A DNA stretch of 63,723 nt, counting the filler, from Reclinomonas americana ATCC 50394 (taxonomy: Eukaryota), in NCBI GenBank assembly GCA_048213135.1. It is 5 parts of 3 records of this genome, joined end to end, with 100 filler letters (N's around TTAATTAATTAA, not from the genome) between each part and the next. Parts side by side here need not be neighbours in the genome. Positions count along the whole stretch, not along the records: positions 18,374 to 42,501 come from PS015145.1; positions 42,602 to 52,072 come from PS015146.1; 3 more parts are not named here. The stretch is one strand, 5' to 3'. Shown piece after piece: positions 40,896 to 52,172 of the stretch. The first letter of the stretch is position 1; each line of letters opens with the position of its first letter. The position numbers and the translations under genes are program-made. Below the pieces are notes generated by a model that did not search any database, had not been told where the DNA came from, and saw only the letters and a list, made by a program, of their open reading frames with translations.

Positions 40896-41316
40896 TGGTG
40901 TGACGAGAAAGGGGGAGAGAGGTGAGAGGTGAGAGGAGGGAGGAGGGAGAGATGAGTGCGTCCGATTGTGTTCGATTTTGTTCGTCACACCGCGTCCCGT
41001 TACAAAACGGACTGCGGTCGACGTTTGCCCTCCCAAGAACAGAGAGGCGCGCGATGGATACGAGACCATGTCAATGATCGTCCAGAAACGGGGAGCAGGG
41101 CGCGTGGAAGAGAAAGTCGAATTCGTGAATTACCGATATCGCGAAGTTTGAAAGTTCGTCGTCGTTAACTCGTGTCACCATCCAACAGACATCGAGGAAC
41201 AGAGAAACCACTTCAACGGAGTCAGTGAAGTTCTGAAGAATTACGAGACACGGCGTCGCTGCGTTCGCAAACGCGGTCCTTCGACGTGCGTCGACGTCGC
41301 TCAATTTCGCTCTCGC

Positions 41317-41616
41317 ATGCGCCTCGTCGTCTTCCTCCTCGTCTCCATTGCTTTGCTCTCCGTGGCATGCACTGCCGTCGACGACCACATTCTCGTGGAC
41401 AACAATGGGAATGTCTCTCACACGGACGGGAACGAAGAGTGGCGACTCATTCAGCAGCAGGAGGAGGCGGTGCTGGAGGCTGAATGGCGCGGGCGACGCC
41501 AGCAGGTCGGCGATCGAGCGGGAGTGTTCTTTGAGTTGCATTTCCCGGAGAGTGAACACTGAAAAGCTGACGGTAATGTTCAATGGCTTGTGTCCGCGAG
41601 ATGCTGGTGAGTTGAG

Positions 41617-41653
<37 letters not shown>

Positions 41654-42480
41654 GGAGGGGAGNNNNNNNNNNNNNNNNNNNNNNNNNNNNNNNNNNNNNN
41701 NNNNNNNNNNNNNNNNNNNNNNNNNNNNNNNNNNNNNNNNNNNNNNNNNNNNNNNNNNNNNNNNNNNNNNNNNNNNNNNNNNNNNNNNNNNNNNNNNNNN
41801 NNNNNNNNNNNNNNNNNNNNNNNNNNNNNNNNNNNNNNNNNNNNNNNNNNNNNNNNNNNNNNNNNNNNNNNNNNNNNNNNNNNNNNNNNNNNNNNNNNNN
41901 NNNNNNNNNNNNNNNNNNNNNNNNNNNNNNNNNNNNNNNNNNNNNNNNNNNNNNNNNNNNNNNNNNNNNNNNNNNNNNNNNNNNNNNNNNNNNNNNNNNN
42001 NNNNNNNNNNNNNNNNNNNNNNNNNNNNNNNNNNNNNNNNNNNNNNNNNNNNNNNNNNNNNNNNNNNNNNNNNNNNNNNNNNNNNNNNNNNNNNNNNNNN
42101 NNNNNNNNNNNNNNNNNNNNNNNNNNNNNNNNNNNNNNNNNNNNNNNNNNNNNNNNNNNNNNNNNNNNNNNNNNNNNNNNNNNNNNNNNNNNNNNNNNNN
42201 NNNNNNNNNNNNNNNNNNNNNNNNNNNNNNNNNNNNNNNNNNNNNNNNNNNNNNNNNNNNNNNTGAATGTGATCTCCGTTTTTTTCTCAAATGCGGTCTT
42301 TTGGCAGCGGCGTCGCGGCTTGGTCCACTGATGAATCCGCGACAGCAGCGTGCGGCGGCCGAAGAGAAGCAGTTTATCCGCGAAGTGGTGGGCACACAGA
42401 GACCGACACTGGGGTCGCGCAAGTTCAGCGACGATCACAAGATCTTTGGCATGGCCTCGTCTGGCGCAGCAGCTGTGGTG
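41317..42480 (+). CDS. Putative secreted protein, fragmentary
   Basis: MRLVVFLLVSIALLSVACTA is a signal-peptide-like start. The remainder is interrupted by a gap. Confidence 0.45.
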
Positions 42481-42601
42481 CGCACCTCCCTTTTCTCCAC
42501 GNNNNNNNNNNNNNNNNNNNNNNNNNNNNNNNNNNNNNNNNNNNNTTAATTAATTAANNNNNNNNNNNNNNNNNNNNNNNNNNNNNNNNNNNNNNNNNNN
42601 N

Positions 42602-43084
42602 ACGGGAAGGGGGGGTGGGGAGTGTGCGAGTGGTGTGTGTTTCGACTCTAGTGCCGTTACTGCCGTTTCTCTCTGTGTGATCAATTCCCGCGCTCATTTG
42701 CTCTCTCGTAACACTTCCATGAGTGGTCGTGAAAGCACTCTGTTGATAGGGACGACGAGGCGGGGTGGCAGGCGGTTGGGTTGTTGTGGGGGCAATGGCA
42801 CCTCGTTGTTGTTGGATCTCGCGCTCGAGTCTCGCGATTCTGGCCTCACGAGGCTCATCAATGCCACGGAAAAGTGGGCTCTGTTGCCTGTTGCGGGTGG
42901 CCACTGGCGGCGGTGGACGGGGAGGTGGAGCAGGAGGTGGAGGCGGGCGTGACGCAGGGGGGGTTGATGCGGAACGCACAGGTGGTGTTGACGTTGGTGG
43001 TGGTGCCATCGTCGGGGTCGCCGGTGATTCTGGCAAAGGCGTGACGTGCCATGTAGTGGGGAGTTTACGTCCACCGCCTGACAT
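42602..43084 (-). CDS. 5' part of a proline-rich protein
   Basis: MSGGGRKLPTTWHVTPLPESPATP...PPPPPAPPPRPPPP...ARIARLEREIQQQ is open to the scaffold end. Confidence 0.5.
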
Positions 43085-43599
43085 GTTGTCGACGCCGCTG
43101 GGCCAGGTGCTTGATAGACTGTCGAGAGTTAACAGTGGGTTTTCTTTGCTCTCAACAAAGCACGAAATTGCNNNNNNNNNNNNNNNNNNNNCGCGATCGA
43201 TCAGGAATTCGATATCGCGATATCGATTTGCCGTTCTTTCGTACCTCACAAGAACACAAACAAAACGAGGCCGAAAAGCGAATGACAATGAGCGAGTACA
43301 CTTCAGACTCGCAATATCCATGTTGCTGACGCAAAATGGAGGATATCGATCGCGAAGTGCAGTCGAAGTGACCCATGTTGACGAGGTTCGCCCGGACAGA
43401 GAGAAAGAGAGTGAGAGCGCGATCATCTGGAAAGAGAAGCCCCGAGCAGCGACTCGAGACGTACCTGCGACGTTGCGGAGGACAAGTGTTCGGAAAAACG
43501 AGATTCGCAGAATCGAACACGCACACACCACCACTCCACACACACACGCAGCAGTCAAAGAAGCACCGCCACCCTTCCAACCCCGTGTACTAAACATCA

Positions 43600-46500
43600 A
43601 TGTCCACCAAACTTGGTGAGTGGTGCCGTGCTGGCTTCAGCTTCATACTCTCCTTTGTTGTATGTCTGATAATTTCTCCGCCTCCCTCTTCGCAGTCACC
43701 TCTCGTCTCCTTGTGACGCTGTTGTGCGTCATCATCATGCTCGTCGGCGTCTCGCATGGTGAGTCGCACGACGTGTGTGGATGTACTCGCGTGTTGTGGG
43801 CGCTGTTGTTGAGAGTGTGTGTGTGTAAATGGCGGACGGAGCCACGCGCGCGCACCATCACGTCGCGCGCCCGATCTTAAACTGTTTTCTGTGTAACCAG
43901 GTGTGCCTCTGCCGGTCAGGCAAATCTCCACCGGCTTCAAGGGGACGTCCATTCCGCCGCCGGTGGGTTCTGGCGTCACGTTCTCGCAAGACGATCACTG
44001 GAGTGTCGCAGTGAACGGCCAGACCACCAAGGCCTTCGTTAGCAACCCTTCGCTGTGCTACTTTGACGGCTCGAGCACCATTTGCTGGGACGCTCCCTCC
44101 ACGGCCTCTGCGTGGGTGACTCCATGTGAGTAGCGATCGGATTCTGTGCTCTCTCTCGATCTCGCACTCTCTCTCCCTTCGGCTGTGTGTCTCTCTGTAA
44201 GTACCAGTCTTCCCGTCTGTCTTTGTATACGTCTCTCTGTGCTCTTCCTTCTCTTTGTCTTTCTCGATCTCTTCTTAACCATTCTCCCTCTCTTTCCCAT
44301 CGATATCCCTTCGCCTCTCTTCGCACAGCCAGCAGCAGCACTGCTGCGCTCGTGTGGAACGACAAGACGTTGCAGTTCACCACCAGCTTTGACATGACGG
44401 GCTACGATCCGAGCAAGGCAATGCTGCAGATTCGACTGGAGGGAGATTTTGCTCCCGCCGAGCCGACCACCGCCTTTGTGCAAGTGACGCCTGCCGGCAC
44501 CACCGACCTAATTACAGTGCCCTATCCCGCGTGGTCGCCCACCAACTCGTACTCGCTGTCCAACCATCCGTGGGTGACCGTGCCGGCGACCGGCTGGCTT
44601 CCCAAGGCCGGCAATGTGCTGTCGGTGAAAATCCAGAATGTCGCCGACGTCACCGGACTCCGAGTGGAGGCGCAGTGTGAGTGTGCAGCGTCATGACTGG
44701 CTGTGCACTCTTACTAACTTCCCAAACCGTGCATGCAGTGCTCTGCAAAACAAGCGCCTGCGCGGCGCCCTTCACGTGCTGCGTCGGTCTATGCCAGGAC
44801 CTCCTCCACGATGTCAACAACTGCGGCACGTGCGATAAAGTGTGCCCCGTTGCGTTGACTGTGATCACGAGACAAACTCTCTCCCATGACCATAATCTCA
44901 TTCATCTCTGCCGTACATTGCCCCTTCCTTCCCTTCTTCTTCTTCTTCTTCTTCATTTCCCCACAGAACCCTCAAGCATGCTGCCGAGGCGCATGTACAG
45001 ATCTGACTTCGAGTCTCAACAACTGCGGCGCGTGTGGCAAGATTTGCGGTCCGGCAGATGCCTGTTGCGCTGGTGTGTGCACCAGTGTGCTCAGCATGCA
45101 GACGGATCCCAAGAACTGCGGCAAATGCGGCAACGTGTGCCCCACTGGCCAGTCGTGCTGCGCTGGCAAGTGCGTCAACCTCGGCAACAATCCATTCAAC
45201 TGTGGCACGTGCGGCAAGTCGTGCGCCGCCGGTCAGGACTGCTGCAACGGTGTGTGTTACACCATCAGCAACTACGCCACCGACGCCAAGAACTGCGGCA
45301 AATGCGGCAACGTGTGCCCCACTGGCCAGTCGTGCTGCAACGGCGTCTGCACCAACCTCAGCAACAACGCCACCAACTGCGGCACCTGCGGCAAGTCGTG
45401 CGCCGCCGGCCAGGTCTGCTGCAACGGCTTGTGTGTCTTCCCCAGCGCCTTTACATTTGACAGCAAGAACTGCGGCTCGTGTGGCAATGTGTGCCCCACT
45501 GGCCAGTCATGCTGCTACGGCAAGTGTGTCTCCACGAGCAGCGATTCAAGCAACTGCGGCACCTGTGGCAAGACGTGCGCCACCGGTCAGTCGTGCTGCA
45601 ACGGCGTCTGCGTCAGCACCCAGAGCTTCGCCACGGACGCCAAGAATTGTGGCACGTGCGGACATGTGTGCCCGCTGATGGCACCCAATTGCTGCAGTGG
45701 ATCGTGTGTGGCACCGACCAATGATCCGCTGAAATGCGGTCCGTGCGCCAATGTGCAGTGTCTTCCCGGTCGCGCCTGCTGCAGCGGCGTCTGCACCAAT
45801 CTCAGCAACGACGCCAGCAACTGTGGTACTTGTGGAAAGCCGTGCACCGCCGGTCAGGACTGCTGCAACGGTGTGTGCTACGCCATCAGCAACTACGCCA
45901 CCGACGTCAAGAACTGCGGCTCGTGCGGCAACGTGTGCCCCACTGGCCAGCCGTGCTGCGCTGGCAAGTGCGCCAACCTCAGCAACAATCCATTCAACTG
46001 TGGCACATGTGGCAAGTCGTGCGCCGCCGGTCAGGACTGCTGCAACGGTGTGTGCTACGCCATCAGCAACTACGCCACCGACGCCAAGAACTGCGGCAAA
46101 TGCGGCAACGTGTGCCCCACTGGCCAGTCGTGCTGCGCTGGCAAGTGCGTCAGCCTCAGCAACAACGCCAGCAACTGCGGCACCTGTGGCAAGACGTGCG
46201 CCACCGGTCAAGTCTGCTGCAACGGATTGTGCGTCCTGCCCAGCAGTTTCACCAACGACAAGAACAATTGTGGCTCCTGCGGCTTTGTGTGCCCCGCCGC
46301 TGGCCAGTCATGCTGCAACAGCAAGTGCGTCATGTTGAGCAGCGATCCGAGCAACTGTGGCACCTGTGGCAAGACGTGCCCCACTGGCCAGTCGTGCTGC
46401 AACAGCGTCTGCGTCAATACCCAGAGCTTCGCCACGGACGCCAAGAATTGTGGAACGTGCGGACATGTGTGCCCGCTGACGGCACCCAATTGTTGCAACG

Positions 46501-46610
46501 GATCGTGTGTGGCACCGACCAATGATCCGCTGAAATGTGGTCCGTGCGCCAATGTGCAGTGCCTTCCGAATCTCAAGTGCTGCACGGGAGTGTGCAAGAC
46601 CGCCTGCTGA
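43600..46610 (+). CDS. Secreted protein with an N-terminal beta-rich domain and 19 STIG1-like Cys-rich repeats
   Basis: Spliced signal peptide MSTKL|VTSRLLVTLLCVIIMLVGVSH|G. The repeat unit is D..NCG.CG..C..GQ.CC.G.C, and 18 units lie in one exon (44967-46610). No TM or GPI-type tail. Confidence 0.85.
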
Positions 46611-46765
46611 TCTGCACCATCCAAGTGAAAACGGGCGCAAGGTGAGGATTGTTAATGTAACGAAGCTCTGGCCTTGGAACAGTATTGTCAATGCGAAACA
46701 GCCAGCTGGAGGGGAAGGCGATAAAGTACCAGTCATCCATCTCGTGCTGACCATGGTTCATTGCG

Positions 46766-46935
46766 CTACCAAAGCGCGCGACGCTCAATCACCTCTGCAT
46801 CCTCCAGCACGAAACACCGCAGCACGACATCCACGAGAATCCAGTCACAGCCATCGCCATCATCTTCGGCAAGGAGCTCATCAACAGCCAGCACTCGGGG
46901 GAGCAAGTCCTGCCTGGCGAGCCCACGCGCTGCGG
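46766..46935 (-). pseudogene. Relic of a WD40-family gene retaining only the C-terminal tail
   Basis: RGLARQDLL...AVDELLAEDDGDGCDWILVDVVLRCFVLEDAEVIERRALW* is homologous to the tail at 58771. No WD40 repeats lie upstream. Confidence 0.75.
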
Positions 46936-47368
46936 AGTTGACTACGCACTCGAATCGCAGCGCAGCGTACGCGCGTACTCCCACTGACATGTACAATGAG
47001 GCCACCATCGGGGGCGATCGCGACAGCAACTACAGTACTCAAGATGGTGATCATCATGCAGCTGTATTGCTGTTTGGATTAGTAAAGTTGTTGTTGTTGT
47101 TAACCTGGCGTTGTCGCCCAATTGCAATGAGTGCACGCAGCGCGCACGTGCTAGCTATAGTGTGCCCACCCAACCGCCGCGTATCGTGAGTCGCAGCGTA
47201 TTATGCGTGCGCGCGCTCCATCGCACATTGCATGCATGCGCAACAATAACGTCGTCGTTCACCAACAAGCCAGCGCACACAAAGCTTTTCTGCGCGGCGG
47301 TGGTCAAAGGACATCGTATCATGTAATGCATTCACTCGTCACCTTGCGTTGGAGCACACACAGAGGCC

Positions 47369-50300
47369 ATGCACACTGCGCTCTTGCTTGTGCTTGTGGC
47401 AGCATGCTGGTTGTGCACCCTGTTTGTTACCGCGGAGCCAATGCTTGAGCAGCGCAATGGTGCGTTCAGTGTCTTTTCAGCGCACTCCGCTGCGTGTGCA
47501 CGCTGCGCGTTATCCGTTCGAACTCTGCGTCTCCTTCACTCTTTATCTCGAGCCTTCTCTCTCTCTCTCTCTCTCTCNNNNNNNNNNNNNNNNNNNNCCT
47601 CCTCGCGACGACGGTAGTACTCATCGTGTTCGCTGTCAGACGCCAAGTCACGTTGTTCGACGGCTGTCGTTGGTGGACGGCTCTCTTGATGTAGTCGCCG
47701 GCTTGCCTGGTACAAGTGGGTTGGTAGATGGCACTGTCAGCGATTCGCGGCTGTCGTCTCCGGTGTGTGCGCGCAGTGCTGTCCTTTCGCTGCCCACGTT
47801 CCTCATTCAGTCCCTCATCGTTCACTCCAAACTCTGCTAGCGTGGCCTTGCTTTTGACTTGATGCGTGGACGACTGCTTGTTGCTGGTGCGTGTATCCTT
47901 TTCCGTCGCGCCTCGTTTGGTCGTCGTCGAGACTGACTTGCTGCTCCATCAGACACAGGAAATGCGAAACTGCGGCGAGTCGCGCTCCCAGCAACCACGG
48001 TCGCTGCCTCTCCGTCCACAGCAGCAGGCGATTCGCAGCTGGTGACGTTTTCTGCGACAGTTTCGCAGTTGATGCCGGCGACGATATACTACGTGCGTGC
48101 GACGGCATCCACACCCGCACTCTCCGGCACCGTGGCTTCCATGACCACCGCCACAGGTATTCCCTCGCGCTGTGAAGATGAGGTACTCAGTTGAGCTCGC
48201 TCTCTCACTGCGGCTTACTCCATCAGCACCCACTTGGATCGCACCCACGGTCACGCTGTTGAACAACTCGCTGACTTTTGCGCTTACGACCGCTTCCTTC
48301 AGAGCGCTTGTGAATCCTCGAAACGGATTCCCTGTTCGGGGCACCGTGCAGGTGTCAATGTCGCCAGATGCGTTTGGTGATGCTCCGCTGGTGTCGACCT
48401 TGAAAACTGTCCCGCGAGCCCCGGCACCTCCGTCGGATCCCGCTGCAGTAATCGGCTTTATGGTTGGTGGTCGAATTATCTCGACTGCCGTTGAGACTGT
48501 GTGTGCCAACCTCTCGGTGCTACCTGCAGGGTTTGACTGTGGACGGGAGCGGTAACGTCCTTGTGGCTGATGCGAGGTGATTCCCGAGTTGACTCGCTCA
48601 CACTTCACGCGAAGCTGGCAGATTTCTTTGTGTGTGTGTGTGTGTGTGTGTGCGCGCGCAGCATGTTGTACTCATCTCACTTATCTCTGTTCTCGCCTCT
48701 CAGGGACCACGTTGTTCGATCCGTTTCGGCCATCGGAGTTGAGACGATTCTCGTCGGTCAGATTGGCGTTGCCGGCTTTGTCGAAGGCGCGCCGACCAGT
48801 GCTCTCTTATCCAGGTCTGTGATTCACTCTGTGCGCGCGAAGCAAAGCTAAAGGACACTGCTGACTTTGGGTCTCCCACCCAGTCCGACTTCTGTTGGGA
48901 TCGACCGCGAGACAGGAGATGTTTTCATTGTTGATGTATGTAGCAGTTGTTTGTCTCTCATCTGGGTGCCATACATGCGCGCCTCTCAACCCTGAGCACA
49001 GAGCGGCAACAATGCCATCCGCAAGCTATCCGCTGGTGTGCTTTCTACCCTGGCGGGCTCTATTGTCGGCACAGCTGGTCACAATGACGGCATTCGCAAC
49101 AACGCGCGATTCACGCAGCCACGTGGTATCGCTGTGGATTCGCTCGCCGATCGTGAATGCCTGTTTGTCACCGACTCTTTGCATACTGTGCGGTTAGTTG
49201 TTGGCGTCCGTTCGTGCAGACCTCTTGTTGCATGCATTCACTCGCACTGATCGCTGCTGTTTGTTTATTTGCTTGTTTCAGTCGTGTGTCATTCCGAGGA
49301 CTTGTGGCCACCATCGCCGGCTCGGTCGGTGTTCCGGGCAGTACAGACGCTGCAGGCACCGGCGCCTCATTCCGCTCACCGATCGGTCTCGCCCTGGACT
49401 CGAATCAGAAAGTGCTCTATGTGGCCGACACTGGCAATCACATCGTGCGCAAAATTGTGCTGGCCAGCTTGGCGGTCACAACAGTGGCCGGTCAGTTGTC
49501 GTCGCCCGGATATACTGATGGTGCTCCGGGTGTTGCCTTGTTCCGCGATCCGATAGGAGTGGCATTCGATCATCTCTCTGGCTCTCTGTTTGTTGTGGAG
49601 GTGAGCTGGTTTGGTGTGCTGGAGGCGCTCGTCAACAAGCGTGAAGATTTACGTCGTTTTCGAATTCTGTCGTGCCAGGCCGGCAACCACACGGTGCGGG
49701 TCGTTGCGGCATCCGGGAGTGTGAGCACACTTGCAGGTTCACCAGCTTGGTCCACCGCCACCGACGGGTCACTCACCTCTGCGTCGTTTCCAACTCCGGT
49801 ACAATCTGGCGTGCAGTCTTTCAGAAGCCTACGATGAAACTGTGTAATCCTCACTACGATTTCCACTCTGCAGCACGGCGTAGTTGTCGAGGGCTCCACC
49901 ATGACACTGACGACGAACGATGTTGTCACTGGTGACAGTGCCATCCGAATTATCACGCTGCCACCGACCCCATTTGTCACCTCACCCGCCACTGCCACTG
50001 GATCCTCTACGCGCTCCCTGCCAGCTAGCGTCGCGCTAGTTTCGGGCTTGTCGTACACATATCGCGGAGTGGACCTGAACTCGCCTTTTCGGTCGTCTAC
50101 TGCCTCGGTCACCACGAATTTCGGTGGGCCAATTTAGTATTGTGACCGTGGAAGCCTTCTGACTGCTAACTTTCGAGGGCCCATCTCAGTGACTTCGTTG
50201 ACCACCGATACCGCCACCAGTGTCGATGAAAATTCGGCCACGTTGACAGGCGCTGCCACACGCACAAATCTTTCGGCCAGCTCTTTTAAATTCGAGGTGG

Positions 50301-52072
50301 CCACGTCAGCTGATTATTTTGGTAGTGGTGTGGCCACTGTGTCCACTCTAGCTGGGCCATCGGCAGTGGACAGCAGCCTGTCATTATCGTCGCCCATGGT
50401 CTGTTGTTCTTTGTTTTCTATTGTGGCCAGGCTCGCGACTTACCCGAATTGTGATTGCCAATCACAAAAAGGGCGTGGTCGTGGACTGGACCTCAGGTCG
50501 CATTGTCGTCTGTGATACGGGGTGCATTTCTGCGTGTATTCTGCCCCTTGCGCTGTTGCCGAGTCGGACTCATTCTCCTTTNNNNNNNNNNNNNNNNNNN
50601 NATCGACTCCGCCTGTCGTCGGTTCGCTGCTGTTGCTCATTCGATGCGCAGCAACCACAAGATTCGACGAATGAGTGTGAGTGGCCTGGTGTCGAGGTCA
50701 GCCCGGAGCCTTGGATGGATCCGTTTCATCAGCCATGTTTTCGAGGTATGCCGAGATTCCTCGAGGGCATTTCAGTTGTTACCACTCTTAAACCCGTGCG
50801 GCACGAGCAGTCCCACAACCGTTGCCGTGCACCAAGCCACCGGCGACATTTTTGTCGTGGAGGTTTGATGGCTCGATCTCTCACAGCGTGCATCATCATC
50901 ATCGTCTCATGAGATGTGCCTCCAGGACGGTAACGGGGATGTGAGGCGCATTAGCGGCGCCGTAGTAGATACCCTGTCGATGGATCTACATTTGTCTGCA
51001 CCTCGCGGATTGGCCATCACCGCAAGCCAGCTGATGTACGTGGCCGACAGCGGCCACCACACTATTCTGTACGTACTGTCCTGTCCGCACACACGCAATT
51101 TGTGGACATCTCGCCGTGGAACTAATTCGTTACGACGCTGCACTCCTCAGGGAAGTAGACATAGGTGGTGCTGTGCAGTCCGTGGCTGGCGCGTTTGGTT
51201 CAGCTGGTAGCGCAAATGGAACGGGCTCCAATGCACTTTTCAATACGCCAAGCGCAGTGGCACTGGCGAGTGCAGACACGCTACTGTACGTTGCAGACAC
51301 TGGTAACCACACTATTCGAAAAATCGAGCTGGCCTCCACCTCCGCCGTTGTTTCTACACTTGCTGGGTCCCCTGGCAGCGCCGGCTCTGTGGATGGGGCG
51401 GCGACCAGTGTGGCACGATTCAGCAGTCCGGCGGGTATCACCGTCGGTTATGATGGCGTGGTTTACGTTGCAGATGTTGCGTCGCCGTTCGAGCCATTTC
51501 CTGCAGTAGAGCCGAGAGACTCAGCCGAGTGCTGTCGCAGACAAATAATTCCACCATTCGGCAAATCGACGTCACCGGAGCGCAAGTCAGCACCTTGGCC
51601 GGCTTGGCTACTGTACCAGGCGCCGCTGATGGATATGCTGGGTCATCGCGACTCAATTTGCCGGTATGCATGATCAATGTCTTGCCTGAGGCCTTCCCGC
51701 AGAATTGCTAACCAGGGTGCTCACTCACAGAATGGCGTGGCCTGGATTCGAGGGGGCCTGTTCGTGGCTGGTGCTGCTCGTTGGTGTCGACGCTCTGCAT
51801 GCACTAGCGTTCATTCTCACCCTCTCCTCCGCCTTCGGGCAGATTCGGGCAATCACACCATCCGCCTTCTCGCATTCCCCTCCTGGCGACTAAGTGCCAT
51901 GCCTCCCAGCAGCTCTGTTCGACGCGCATCGCATCGCTTACCACGTCGCTGTTTCCATCTGCAACGTACTACTTCCGTGCCACCAACATTGTATCAGCAC
52001 GAGGCTTGATTGTTGCCTTTTCCACTCGCTCGCCGCTCCAGCCTGTCAGTTGCGCACAATGGCCACCCCCCC
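47369..52072 (+). CDS. Large surface protein, 5' part: signal peptide, NHL repeats and FN3-like segments
   Basis: MHTALLLVLVAACWLCTLFVTA signal peptide. Many NHL units, e.g. STLAGSPGSAGSVDG...ARFSSPAGITV...VYVAD|TNNSTIRQI and LYVADTGNHTIRKI. Confidence 0.85.
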
Positions 52073-52172
52073 NNNNNNNNNNNNNNNNNNNNNNNNNNNN
52101 NNNNNNNNNNNNNNNNTTAATTAATTAANNNNNNNNNNNNNNNNNNNNNNNNNNNNNNNNNNNNNNNNNNNN

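Noticed and set aside
622-46610. Alternative genetic code
   Set aside because: TAG (UBA5), TAA (EF2) and TGA (Cys-rich gene) all end genes at expected positions, and conserved exons show no in-frame stops.
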